From the NCBI RefSeq assembly GCF_030144855.1, contig NC_082717.1, positions 4,960,001-5,024,000 of the forward strand: DNA of 64,000 nucleotides. Direction: 5' to 3'. Below the pieces are notes generated by a model. The model ran no database searches, was not told where the DNA came from, and worked only from the letters and a program-made list of their open reading frames with translations. The stretch comes from Hypanus sabinus. Taxonomy: Eukaryota. Positions within the stretch are counted from its first letter, which is position 1. Every line of letters starts with the position of its first letter. The position numbers and the translations under genes were made by a program. Of this stretch, positions 1-11,179 are shown in pieces.

Positions 1-351
1 TCCATTATTGTGGGACAGATTTGAGTACAAGAGTAACGATACCTTACTGGAATTCTGGTCTCCAGTGAGATGGCAACGGGGAACAGGATGTCTCTGAGGG
101 TTGTGCTCTATTCAGTCACCCACTGGGTCAGTTGGTGCAGCAGCTGGAACAACATCATTCCTTCAGGGATTGGGTAAATGCTTGTAAAGAACTTTTCACA
201 GGACTCTGGGGAATGAGGGGACTGGGATTAGTGAGCACCTTTTTCAAAGTGCTGGCACAGGAGGATGGGCCGAATGGATTCTTTCTACACTGACAGTGAG
301 CTTCCCAGATGTTTACCCACTGATGTGATTTCCTTTCTGTTCCTCAAACAG

Positions 352-471
352 AGATGTCCCGAGCCCCATCGTACCTGGTCTGGATCATTGTGGCTGTCGT
401 GCTGGGAGTTCTCGCTGTCACTGGAGGCATTTTCCTCATCAGACGCAGAGCGTTTAGAAACCACCCGTCCC
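352..471 (+). CDS. Gene A transmembrane exon: (K)MSRAPSYLVWIIVAVVLGVLAVTGGIFLIRRRAFRNHPS
   Basis: Acceptor ttcctttctgttcctcaaacag, donor gtacgt, phase 1-1, 120 nt. Hydrophobic helix followed by an RRR stop-transfer; no charged TM residue. Confidence 0.9.
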
Positions 472-636
472 GTACGTGTGACTAAATGGTTCATTCTGAT
501 CCGATTGTTGTGTGGAGTTATTAAAATGTAAAGGTCGGGGACTGATTGTGAAAGAGCCCGTCGTTGTGTTGTGACACAATGTGGGACTCACAGCTCTGAG
601 ACGGATGTTAATGATACTTTATACTCTATTTCACAG

Positions 637-710
637 ACCCACCCACAGCAACTGGTCACCAGAGCCCAGGGGCAGTTTATGAAAATGCTTCCATGGCCAG
701 GGGTGTCCCG
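637..710 (+). CDS. Gene A cytoplasmic exon 1: (H)PPTATGHQSPGAVYENASMARGVP
   Basis: Acceptor tactctatttcacag, donor gtgagt, phase 1-0, YEN tyrosine motif; conserved at 32494-32567. Confidence 0.88.
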
Positions 711-958
711 GTGAGTTCTGATGCTTTTCTCAGATAAGCAGAATTGTGTGGGGATCTCTCTGGTATGTTCTTGGCTTCTTACATCAGGGATATTCTCCAG
801 TGACATTGTGGTTCAGTGAATATTTCTGCAATGTCTGAATGATTTGCAACTGTATGTGGTGTAACTGTTCCTGGATATTGACCACAGACCGTACAGCTCT
901 ACAGCACAGGAACAGGCCCTTCTGCCCATCATGGCTGTGCCAACCCAAATGCCAGATG

Positions 959-1260
959 AAACTAATCCCAAGCAACACACGTGAAATGCTGGAGAAACTC
1001 TGCAGGTCAGACAGTATCTATGGAAAGGTGGGAGCTTCAGGCTGAGGCCTTTCATCAGCCCTTGAAAGGGGGAGGAAGCCAGAATTAGAAGATATGGGGA
1101 GTGGAGGAGGCATAAGCTGGAAGGTGATCGGTGAAGCCAAGTGAGTGGGGGAGGGGGATGCAGTGAGTAGCTGAGTGGTGTCGGTGGAAAAGCTAAAGGA
1201 CTGAAGACTCACAGGAAGAGATGATAGCAAATGAGGAGGTAAGAAGAGATCCGGAGTGGA
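959..1260 (-). mobile_element. Penelope-like element terminal fragment with degenerate hammerhead motif
   Basis: acacacgtgaaatgctggagaaactc... terminus shared with other copies; minus strand reads CTGATGA-aaggcctcagcct-GAAG at 1031-1061. Confidence 0.6.
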
Positions 1261-1289
1261 GAATGGAAGAATAGGGATGGGGGATCTGA

Positions 1290-1870
1290 GAATTTACTGG
1301 GTGTTATCACACTTGAAGTATTGTGAGCAGTTTTGGGCTCCTTATTTTAGAAAGGATATGCTGACATTGGAGAGGTGTCAGAGAAGATTCACAAGAATGA
1401 TTTCAGGAATGAAAGGGTTACCGTGTGAGAAAAGTCTGGCAGCTCTTGGGCTGTAATCCCTGGAGTTCAGGGGAATGAGGGAAGGATCTCATAGAGACAT
1501 TTGGAATGTTAAATGCCTGATCAGATTAGATGTGGCAAATTTATTTCCCATGGTAGGGGATTCTAGGACAAGAGGGCATGACTTCCGGATTGAAGGACAT
1601 CCTGCTAGAACTGAGATGCGAAGAAACTGCTTATGTCGGGGAGTGGTAAATATGTGGAATTTGTTGCCACAAGTGGCTGTGAAGGCCAAGTCATTGGGTA
1701 TATTTAAGACAGAGGTTGATAGGTTCTTGATTAGCCAGCATATCAAAGTGTATGGGGTAAAAGCAGGGGAATGGGGATAACTGGAATAATTGGATCACCC
1801 CATGATTGAATTGCAGAGCAGACTCCATGGACCAGATGGCCTACTTCTGCTCCTATATCTTATGGTCTTA
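1290..1870 (+). mobile_element. CR1-like LINE 3' fragment (degenerate RT C-terminus)
   Basis: Remnant peptides YCEQFWAPYFRKDMLTLERCQRRFTRMI and VVNMWNLLPQ, plus CR1-type 3' tail; also present at about 36945-37500. Confidence 0.9.
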
Positions 1871-1899
1871 AGAATGTAGAGAAATCACTGTTCTAGCCA

Positions 1900-2550
1900 T
1901 CAGTTTGGAGTCTGCCCAGATGGAATGAGGTGTTTCTCCTTCAAACTGAGAGTGGCCTCATTATTGTAGTAAAGACGGCCATGAATCAACATGTTGGAAT
2001 CGGGATGGGGATTGGAATCAAAGATGAGAGGACAGAAGTCCATGGAAGAAAGGAACATGGGAGGAGCACCAGAGGGAGGTGATGGGCACGTAAGGAAGTA
2101 AGATGGAATATAGGAATGGGGAATGGTGAAGGATTGGGTCCTTACAGGAAATTTGAGAAATCGATGTTCATGCCACCAGGTTGGCAGCTATCCAGATGGA
2201 ATATAAGTTGTTGCCAAACTGAATGTGATCTCATTGTAGCAGTAGAGGAGACTTCGGACTAATGTGTCGGAATGGGAATGGGAATGTCCTCTCCTATCAG
2301 TTTCCCCCATCTCCAGACCTGTATCTCTTTCACCAAACAACTTCCCAGCACTTTACTTTATCCCACCACCCCTCCTTGTTTCTCCTATCACCCAGTCTTT
2401 CTTACTCCCCACCCCCCACCACTCCTCATCGTATTCTCTCCAGTCCGAGGGTCTCAGCCCGAAACGTCAGCTGTACTTTTGTTCATAGATGGTGTCTGGC
2501 CTGCTGAGCTCATCCAGCACTTTATGTGTGTTGCTTCGATTTCCAGCATC
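1900..2550. mobile_element. Two Penelope-like terminal fragments in opposite orientations
   Basis: Matches the GIY-YIG 3' region and terminus of the 17590-20280 element; gggtctcagcccgaaacgtc motif near 2448-2468. Confidence 0.7.
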
Positions 2551-2598
2551 TGCAGATTATTCTGGTGTTTCTAATGGTTCAGTTATATTCTGTTGTAG

Positions 2599-2643
2599 GG
2601 TTCAGGAGGTCACCAGGGGGTCGATTCAAACAACACCTACATG
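2599..2643 (+). CDS. Gene A cytoplasmic exon 2: GSGGHQGVDSNNTYM (first ITAM tyrosine)
   Basis: Acceptor tattctgttgtag, donor gtaagg, 45 nt, phase 0-0; one difference from 38220-38264. Confidence 0.88.
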
Positions 2644-2733
2644 GTAAGGAAGGTCACCTCTGGAACATTGAAGCTTTTCCCACAGCATGAGCTGTCAAAC
2701 TGCTGTTTACACCATTTCTGTGTTCTCTATTAG

Positions 2734-2784
2734 GTTCTGCAACATCCCACTCAGCCCATCTACAGTCATCTCCAAGGTACGTAG
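2734..2784 (+). CDS. Gene A cytoplasmic exon 3: VLQHPTQPIYSHLQGT* (second ITAM half). Ends at 2776 if the internal aag|gtacgt donor is used.
   Basis: Acceptor ttctgtgttctctattag, phase 0; completes YMVL-x7-YSHL; in-frame TAG at 2782-2784 conserved in gene B. Confidence 0.88.
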   Translation, partial: VLQHPTQPIYSHLQGT

Positions 2785-2967
2785 CAACATCTTTGGACAA
2801 GAATCGGCTAAACCATATCAACTGCTGTGGAAGTGGTGGGAATGTGGAGAAGTCTTTAGACAAGAACACCCAGTGAGCAATGAGCCCAGTGTGGTAATGG
2901 GTCAGCGGGTGCTCAGTCTGATGACCAATGGGACCAGGGTGTGAATTCACACCTTTTACTGAATCAG

Positions 2968-3107
2968 GTCACTCAGCCATTCACACACATCTTCAGAGTG
3001 GTGGCAAAGCTGAGAATCTAAAAGATCCAGTGCTGTTCATCACCTCCATTGGTTTCAAGGTTGAGTACATCTTGTCCTTAATTCTTCCAGCAGAATCTGT
3101 TACATGA
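2968..3107 (+). CDS. Optional alternative last exon of gene A: (G)HSAIHTHLQSGGKAENLKDPVLFITSIGFKVEYILSLILPAESVT*
   Basis: Acceptor ccttttactgaatcag, phase 1 compatible with the donor at 2777. The 5' part resembles the exon 3 nucleotides. May instead be 3' UTR. Confidence 0.4.
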
Positions 3108-4382
3108 GTTTTTAGAATTCAGAAGGTGATGATCAAGGCAAAACTCTCAATCACGGTCCTCGTCCTCTTCAGGACCCATCAGTAACTCCTCATGAAGAAT
3201 TCAGGGAAAGGACTTCAATCCCTGAGCAAGCTGACAGTGTCATCTGAACCAGATCCACTGGCGAGATGAAGCAGGGTTCGATGTTCCCAGCCATTTGCAC
3301 AATTGTTCCCAGGTGTGAATTTGGCCAGTTCCTTGCACGCTTCCCATCTGTGCTCAGCTGTCAACCCAACCTCATGAAAAACAGATAAATGTTAACAAAA
3401 TGGCTAAATTGCCACTGAATCGCGACAAAGCACAGAGAGGAACCATAATCAGGTGTGTTCAAGACCCCGATGGCAGTGGGGAAGAAGCTGTTGTTGCACC
3501 TCGATGTGTGTAACCAGGTTCCTGTACCTGCTGCCTGAAGACAGCATTAAGTAGAGGATACGGCTGGATGGTGGGGTTCTCTGATGGATGGCACCTCCCT
3601 GAGACATCTTCTCTTGTAGATGTTCTCAGTGGTGGGAAAAGTTGTACTCATGTTGGAACTGGTTGAGTCCTGTTCCCTCTGTAGCCTCTTGTGTTCCTGT
3701 ACACTGGAGATCCCACCCAGAATGTGATACCAGCAGAGCTGCCAATGTCAATGGAATCCATTCTGATGGATGTTGAGAAACTATTTGTTCTCATGGGGAA
3801 TCCAGAATATGGGGCAACTGTATGACATCACTGTAGCCCAGCTGCTCTGGAAACACACTGGTATTGCCATGGAGATGTGCAACCCTCTCTTAACGCAGAT
3901 GGGAATTTCTGGTTGGAACCAGCTAGAATTTACTGGTTTTGGACTGTGAAAGTTGATTAGAGCTAAAACCCATCAGCCACTATCTGATCAAGTGACAGAA
4001 CAGATTGGAGGGACTGAGTGGTCTGTTCTCCACATCTACTTTGCATTTTCTGTTCAGGGCCCCTGATATGAGTCCAGCATCAGGACAGCAGTATTGTGTT
4101 GCTGATAGAATTCCCCCACCCATGGGTGCTTCTGCCCTCAGCACCCTGCATCCAGCAGTGGCCTGGTATGGTGGTCAGAACCGTCCATGTTAACCTGTCC
4201 ATCATACCTGGCCATATGTCCATGCTCAGGGCCAGCAGAGGTGACTCAGCCCAGAGACCCAAAATCCCCGATGGTCAGAGACTTGGGAAAACCACTCAGA
4301 CAGTGTCTGCCACTCAGTTTAACTCTCCCATTCTTCGCCGGCTCACCTCACATAACTTGTTGCTGTTTTTGTTTCAGCCAAC

Positions 4383-4388
4383 ATTAAA
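4383..4388 (+). terminator. Candidate polyadenylation signal of gene A (ATTAAA)
   Basis: The paralogous position in gene B (39581-39586) is AATAAA, so both copies keep a functional hexamer. Confidence 0.35.
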
Positions 4389-5159
4389 CCACCATCTACC
4401 AGCTGAACCACAGTGGAAATCGTTTGTGTGACCACCGCTGGGGGAGGAACCCCGGATGGATTTCTGCACAGACACACTCATCAGACGTGGAAAAGTTTAA
4501 GGCCCAGACATTCTACTCATTCGACGTGTGAGACAAGAATTTTACCAGAGACAACATTTGGGATATTTCTATCAGGGGAAACTGACACTGGTCGGAGGTT
4601 GAAATCGAGGTGGTGAATGTGATCAGAACCCAGTTGTTGGAAAATAAAACAGTATATTACTGGGCTGGCCATTCGGCCCACAATAGTGTGCTGATCTTGG
4701 TGACAATTTGTACTAAATGTCCTCCTCCTTGTATCATCCATATCCGTCCATTTCCCTTCAATGTCATTTTGAACATTGGACACAGAATAATACTGCACTG
4801 GAACAGACCCTTTGGACTTGATGTGCCAAAATAATTAAAATTCACAGTCAAATGTCCAGTGAAACTAATCATTTGTGCTCACACAATGTTCATATCCCTC
4901 CATTTCCTGCCAACTCATGTCTCTATCCAGGGACCTCTTGAAAGTCTCTGTTCATATTTGTCTCCACCACCACCCCCGCAGTGAATTCCAGACTCTCCCC
5001 CCACCCTGTTTCAGAAACTTGCCCCTCGTCTCTCCTTTGAAATTATCCTCTCTCACTTTCCATGCCTGCCCTCTGGGACGAGACATTTCACTGGTGGGGA
5101 AAAGACACTGGTATCTATCTGTGCCCCATATAATATTATTTATAATAATATATTTGGGC

Positions 5160-5345
5160 ACCATGGTTGGATAGCGGTTAACATGATGCTATTTCAGCTC
5201 GTGACATCAGAGTTCAGAGTGCAATCCCAGCATTCTCTCTGAGGATGTTTTATGTCCACCCTGTGGAATGTGTGGGTTTTCCCTGGGTGCCTTGCTTTCC
5301 TCCACAGTCCAAAGATATATCAGTTAGGATAATTGGTCATTGGAA
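5160..5345 (+). mobile_element. tRNA-derived SINE (degenerate)
   Basis: A/B-box-like head (ggatagcggttaac...gttcagagtgcaatccc) and typical gtgtgggttttccctgggtgc core; paralogous copy at about 40355-40530. Confidence 0.6.
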
Positions 5346-6529
5346 ATTGTTTTGTGATTGGGTTCAGGTTAAATCAGGGCTGTTGGTGGTTGCTCGGAGG
5401 TACGAGTCAATGGGATGGATGGGCCAACTCCACACTGCATCTGTAAATAAACAAACAAACTTCTAACAAACCCCAGTTTTGCAATTCGCCAAGATCCAGG
5501 TCCCATCACGGTTCAGATGGAGGAACTCAGCAGGCCAGGCAGCATCTGTGGATAAAAGCACAGTCAATGCTTCAGGCTCGGAATTCCCGCATCTGCAGGT
5601 TTTCTCTTGTTTATGGTTCATCCCAATGAACAGCTTCCTTCTTCCCCAGTACTGGTGCCAGTTTTCCATGATTTCAAACCCACTTCTCCTACACCAATCC
5701 TAGCATTTAACTCTCTAATCTTCTTCACCCTGTGCCAATTTGCACTTGGCTCAGGTAATAAACCAGACATTGCCACTTTTTGTCTCAGGTGAGCAAACAC
5801 CATCTCCTCTGTAATCTGTAAGGGTCCATGAAGCTGATGCTGCTTTGCCTCACTTCACTGGACTCTGTGTCTGGCTCCTGGTCAAATGCAAATGCAAAAA
5901 TTTATTCAAGATCCTTCTGCTAGACCATTCTTCTGTGGTGGACTTGTCACTCTGGCATGAGTGGACACACACACAAGTCCCCACCAGCCCTGCTTTAAAA
6001 CTGATAGCCTTAATGATCGACCTCCTGGTTCGGTCTTCGAAGCCCCCACCTTTCTTGTGGGTTCCCTCTCTCAATCAGTGTCCACTGGCATGTCTGGAGG
6101 GTGTCTCTCCAGACCTGTCTTTTATCCCTACTCACGGGGACTCAGCTATCCATTACTCCTGAATGACTGTGTCCATCAAATAAGGCCACTCCTTCAGTCC
6201 ACTGAGGAATGTTTATGAGCAAACTATTGTCCTTGCAGCAAAACAGTAAATAATTCACAAAGGAGTCACAATACGGTTAATCAGCAATTTCCCCCTCTCT
6301 CTTAACTGTCGCAAATGTTCTTGCTTGTTTTTCCGTCTCTCTTTCTCATGGTCAGCATAGCAACAGTAATAGTTTGTGTTTCTCAGGAGGGGATGGTTAA
6401 CTCTGTACCCCATTGTCCATCAGGTCTGTTCATTACTCATAACAATCTCAAGAGAGTGGACTTGCTGAATGCCAATGGGATAGCTTTTCAGAGCAGTTTG
6501 CATTCAACCTATGAGCAAATCAGCTATTT

Positions 6530-8660
6530 TGAATTGGGTGTTATGTAATGAACTGGAGGTGATTAGGGAGCTTAAGGTAATGGAACCCTTTGGAGGAAAT
6601 GATCATAATATGTTGAGTTTGACTTGAAAGTTGATAGGGTGAAAGTAAAGTCTGACATAACAGTATTTCAGTGGAGTAAAGTATGGGAGTTAGCCAAAGT
6701 AAATTGGAAGGAGATGCTGGTAGGGATGACAGCAGAACAGCAATGGTGAGAGTTTCTGGAAAAAATGAGGCCAATGCAGGATAAATGTGATCAAAAACAA
6801 ATAACTACTCAATACTCAAATGGTAAAATGGTACAACCATGGCTGACAAGAGTAGTCAAAGCAAATGCAAAAGCAAAAGAGAGAGGCATACAACAATTGG
6901 GAAGATAGCAGATTGGGAAACTTTAAAAACCTACAAAGTGCAACTAAAAGAATGATTAGGAGGGAAAAATGCAATATGAAATCAAGCTGGCAAGCAAGAT
7001 CAAGCTGGATTAAAAAAAACAATTTCAAGTATGTAAAAAAATAAAAGAGAGGTGAGAGTAGATATAAGACTGCAAGGAAATGAAGCTATAGAAATAATAA
7101 CCGGGTACAAGGAGATGGCAGATGAACTAAATGAGTATTTTGCATCAGTCTTCACTGTGGAAGACGCAAGCAGTGTACCAGGTGTTGAAGAGCAGGAAGG
7201 AGGAGAAATGAGTGCAGTTACTATCACAAGAGAGCAGGAACTCAGAAAGCTGAAAGACCTAAAAGTATCTGAGTCATCCAGAGCAGATGAGCTGCCCCTA
7301 GGGTTCTAAAACAGTTAGAGGTAGATTGTAAATTTCACTTCACTCTTTAAGAAAGGAGGGAAGCAGCAGAAATTAACTTATAGAGCCTGACCTTAGTTGC
7401 TAGGAAGATGTTGGAATCAATTGTTATGGATGAGCTTATAGAGTACTTGGTTACACAGGACAAGATAGGACAAAGTTTGCATGGTTTCTTGAAGGGAAAA
7501 TTCTGCCTGATGAACCTGTTGGAATTCTTTGAGGAGATTACAAGTAAGACAGATAAAGCGGCTGTAGTGGATGTTGTATATCTGTATTTTAAGAAGGTTT
7601 TTGGCATGGTGCCACACATGAGGCTGATTACCAAATTAAGAGCCCATGGTATTACAGGAAAGTTACTAACATGGTTAGAGCATTGGCTGATTGATAGGGG
7701 GCAGTGAGTGAAAATAAAATGATTCTTTTTTGGTTGGCTGACAGGTGTTTGCAGGGGTGGGTGTTGGCACCACTTCTTTTTATGCTGTATATCAGTGATT
7801 TAGATGATGGAATAGATGGCTTTGTTGCCAAGCTTGCAGATGATACAAAGATTGGTGGAGGGGCAGGTAGTGTTGAGGAAACAAGTAGGCTGCAGAAGGA
7901 CTTAGGCAGATTAGGAGAATGGGCAAGAAAGTGACAAATTAAATACAATGTTGGAAAATGCTTGGTCATGCACTTTTGGTATTAGTAATAAATGTGAGCT
8001 AAAGGTTAATTTGCTAGTTGAGTCGGTGGTGAAGAAAACAAATGCAATGTGACCATTCATTTCAAGAGGTCTAGAATATAAGAGTAGAATATGTGATGCT
8101 GAAGCTTTATAAGATGTTGGTGAGGTCACCTGGAGTATTGTGAACAGTTTTGGGCTCCTTATCCAAGAAAAGGTGTTATGGCATTGGAGAGGGCTCAGAG
8201 AAGGTTCACAAGGCTGATTCCGGGGATGAAAGCATTATCATGTGTGGAACATTTGATGCCACTGGGCCTCTGCTCACTGGAATTTAGAAGGATGAAGGGG
8301 GATATCATTGAAACTTTTTAAATGTTGAAACAGAGTGGAAAGGATATTTCCCATGCTGGGGGAGTTTAGGACAAGAGGGCACAGGCTCAGGATAGAGGGG
8401 CATCTGTTTAAAACAGATGTGGAGAAATTCCTTTAGCCAGAGGGTGGTGAATTTGTGGAATTTGTTACCACAGGCAGCTTTATAGGCCAAGCGGTTGGGA
8501 GCTTTTAAGGTAGAGATTGATTGGTTCTTGATTGGCCTTAGCTTCTAAGGCCATGGGGAGAGGGCCAGGGATTGGGGCTGAGGACAGTTAAAAAACATCC
8601 GCCATGTTTGAAAGGCAGAGCAAAGTCATGGGCCAATGGGGTTAATTCTGCTCCTAGAAT
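6530..8660 (+). mobile_element. Degenerate CR1-like LINE (endonuclease end plus RT)
   Basis: Fragments QSLHGFLKGKFCLMNLLEFFEE, DVVYLYFKKVF, KLADDTKIGG with stops and frameshifts. Confidence 0.92.
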
Positions 8661-8749
8661 CTTATGGAGTTCAGGCTTGGATGAGATAGATTGTCTTGTG
8701 AGTTCCTCTCTCTCTGTTTTTATTTGTTCATTCCTCATCTATTGGTGCA

Positions 8750-10800
8750 CAGTAAAGTGAGAATGACTGCAGGGGCAGTGTTTTGTTCTGCATGAAGGAT
8801 GTGGGAAGTCTGGGAGATCTCCAGTCTCCCACATAAACACATCTGCACCAGGTGCACTGAGCTGCAGCTCTTGAGAGAATTTATTAAGGAACTGGACCTC
8901 CAGCTCGATGACCTTCGACTCGTATGGAAAAATAAGGAGGTATAGACAGAAGCTACAGGGAAATAGTTACTCCTAGACTGGCAGAGACAAGTAACTGTGT
9001 GACTGTCGGGAGAAGGAGGGGAAATGCACAGCCAGTGTAGAGTCAACGATTTAGATGAGGGTATTGAAAACTATATCAGCAAGTTTGCTGACGATACTAA
9101 ACTGGGTGGCAGTGTGACATGCGAAGAGGACGTTAGGAGAATACAGGGAGACTTGGATAGGCTGGGTGAGTGGGCAGATACTTGGCAGATGTCATTCAAT
9201 GTGAATAAATGTGAAGTTACCCACTTTGGAAGCAGGAACACGAGGGCAGAGTATTGTCTGAATGGTGTAGAGTTAGGTAAGGGAGAAATGCAAAGAGACC
9301 TAGGAGTCCTAGTTCACCAGTCAATGAAGGTGAATGAGCAAGTGCAACAGGCAGTGAAGAGGGCAAATGGAATGTTGGCCTTTGTTACAAGGGGAATTGA
9401 GTACAAGAGCAAGGATGTCCTTTTGCATTTGTACAGGGCCCTGGTGAGACCACACCTGGAATATTGTGTACAGTTTTGGTCTCCAGGTTTAAGGAAGGAC
9501 ATTCTGGCAATTGAGGAAGTGCAGCGTAGATTCACTAGGTTGATTCCTGGGATGGCAGGGCTGTCTTACGCAGAGAGATTGGAGAGATTGGGCTTGTACA
9601 CGCTGGAATTGAGGAGATTGAGAGGGGATCTGATTGAAACATTTAAGATAATTAAAGGATTTGATAGGATTGAGGCAGGAAATATGTTCCAGATGTTGGG
9701 AGAGTCCAGTACCAGAGGGCATGGATTGAGAATAAGAGGTCATTTATTTAAAACAGAGTTGAGGAAGAGCTTCTTCTCCCAGAGAGTTGTGGAGGTGTGG
9801 AATGCACTGCCTCGGAAGATGGTGGAGGCCAATTCTCTGGATGCTTTCAAGAAGAGCTAGATAGATATCTGATGGATAGGGGAATCAAGGGATATGGGGA
9901 CAAGGCAGGGACTGGGTATTGATAGTGAATGATCAGCCATGATCTCAGAATGGCGGTGCAGACTCGAGGGGCCGAATGGTCTACTTCTGCACCTATTGTC
10001 TATTGTCTATTGTCTACACCTGTGGCCATTCACCTCAATAATAAGTGTATAAATTTAGATACTATAGAAGGGAACTACTTACTGGGGAAGCAACGGTGAG
10101 CAGGTCTTTGGCACCGAGTCCGATGGTGTGCCTCAGAAGAGCAGAGAGATGAAAAGGACTGCAGTGTTGATTGGAGATTCCTTAATCAGAGAAACTTAGA
10201 CGAGGTTCTGTGGATGCGATAGAGACACTTGAATGTTATGTTGTCTCTCTGGTCCTCGGATCAGGGATGTCTCAGATCATGTGCATGGCATTCTCAAGGG
10301 CAAGGGTGAGTAGCCAAGTGAGTAGACAAGGTGAGGAGGTCCTGAAGAGAGAATTTTGCCAGCAAGGCAGAGAGCTGGGAAACAGGACACCAGGGTAGTA
10401 ATCTCTGGATTGCTGCCTGTGCATGTGCCAGTGAAAGTAAGAAGAGGATGATTTGGCAGGTCATTGTGTGGCAGAGGAGCTGGTGCAGGGGTCAGGGATT
10501 CACATTTATAGATTATTGGGATCTCTTCTGCGGAAGTTATGACCTTTACAAAAGGGATGGGTTACCCCTGAACTCAAGGGGGTTGGATATTCTTGCAGGT
10601 TGGTTGACTAGAGTAGTTTGGCTGGGTTTAAACTAGTTTGGCAAGGGGACAAGAACTGGTTTGATAGTGCTGAAGATGAAGTAGATGGTTGTGTGAGGCG
10701 AGACTGGTGAAAGGGTGAAATTGCAGTCAACAGGATGAGTTGCAATGTAAAAGGTGGACCAAGTCAAACAGGGTGAATACAAGACTAAAGTTGTTCTAAT
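8750..10800 (+). mobile_element. CR1 5' region (ORF1 zinc-finger/esterase remnant) interrupted by a young CR1
   Basis: HICTRCTELQLL and IGDS-type ORF1 motifs; host sequence gccagtgtagag...acacctgtggcc is split by 9043-10015. Confidence 0.8.
9043..10015 (+). mobile_element. Young 5'-truncated CR1 (open RT C-terminus, (CTATTGT)n tail)
   Basis: Uninterrupted ORF 9024-9860 with KFADDTKLGG and LVRPHLEYCVQFWSP; three tail units at 9993-10015. Confidence 0.96.
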
Positions 10801-11179
10801 TAGAAGGCAGGAGGCTGGGGCTGAGTGAAAAATGCATCAGCCATGATGAAATGGCAGAGCAGATTCAACGGTTTGGGCGTAATACTGCTCCTATATTTTA
10901 TGGTGTAATGGACTCTGTCATTGGTGCTACAGTGGACACTTGTCACTGAGTAGATCAGCCTGGAACATTCCCATTATCTCTGCCATCACCTGTACTCCAT
11001 TGTACTCAGACGACTGAACCAATCCCATCCCCAGTGAAGCTGCCACATTCTCAGACTCTGCTCTCCATCTCGATTACGCCATTTTTGTCACTTTAACATT
11101 TCCTGTTCCATGATGTCACACCGCACTACAACCTCTGTGCCAGTCTGTTGTTTTGTGCCCGTCACTGTATATATTATTG

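Larger units (their letters stand above)
1..5460 (+). repeat. Segmental duplication copy A (3' half of receptor gene A); paralogous to 31858-40656
   Basis: Position 1 aligns to 31858 (offset 31857). Colinear exons and shared old repeats run until the common ...aaacaaacaaac at 5460/40656, with copy-specific insertions. Confidence 0.95.

Noticed and set aside
265-531. 88-aa ORF MGRMDSF... and its twin at 32122-32388
   Set aside because: Wrong frame. The real coding unit is the spliced TM exon inside it; the ORF's conservation reflects the 99% identical tract.
2609-2625. CTCF-like CACCAGGGGGTCG inside cytoplasmic exon 2
   Set aside because: Partial match explained by coding sequence (HQGV) and lacking the GCGC end.
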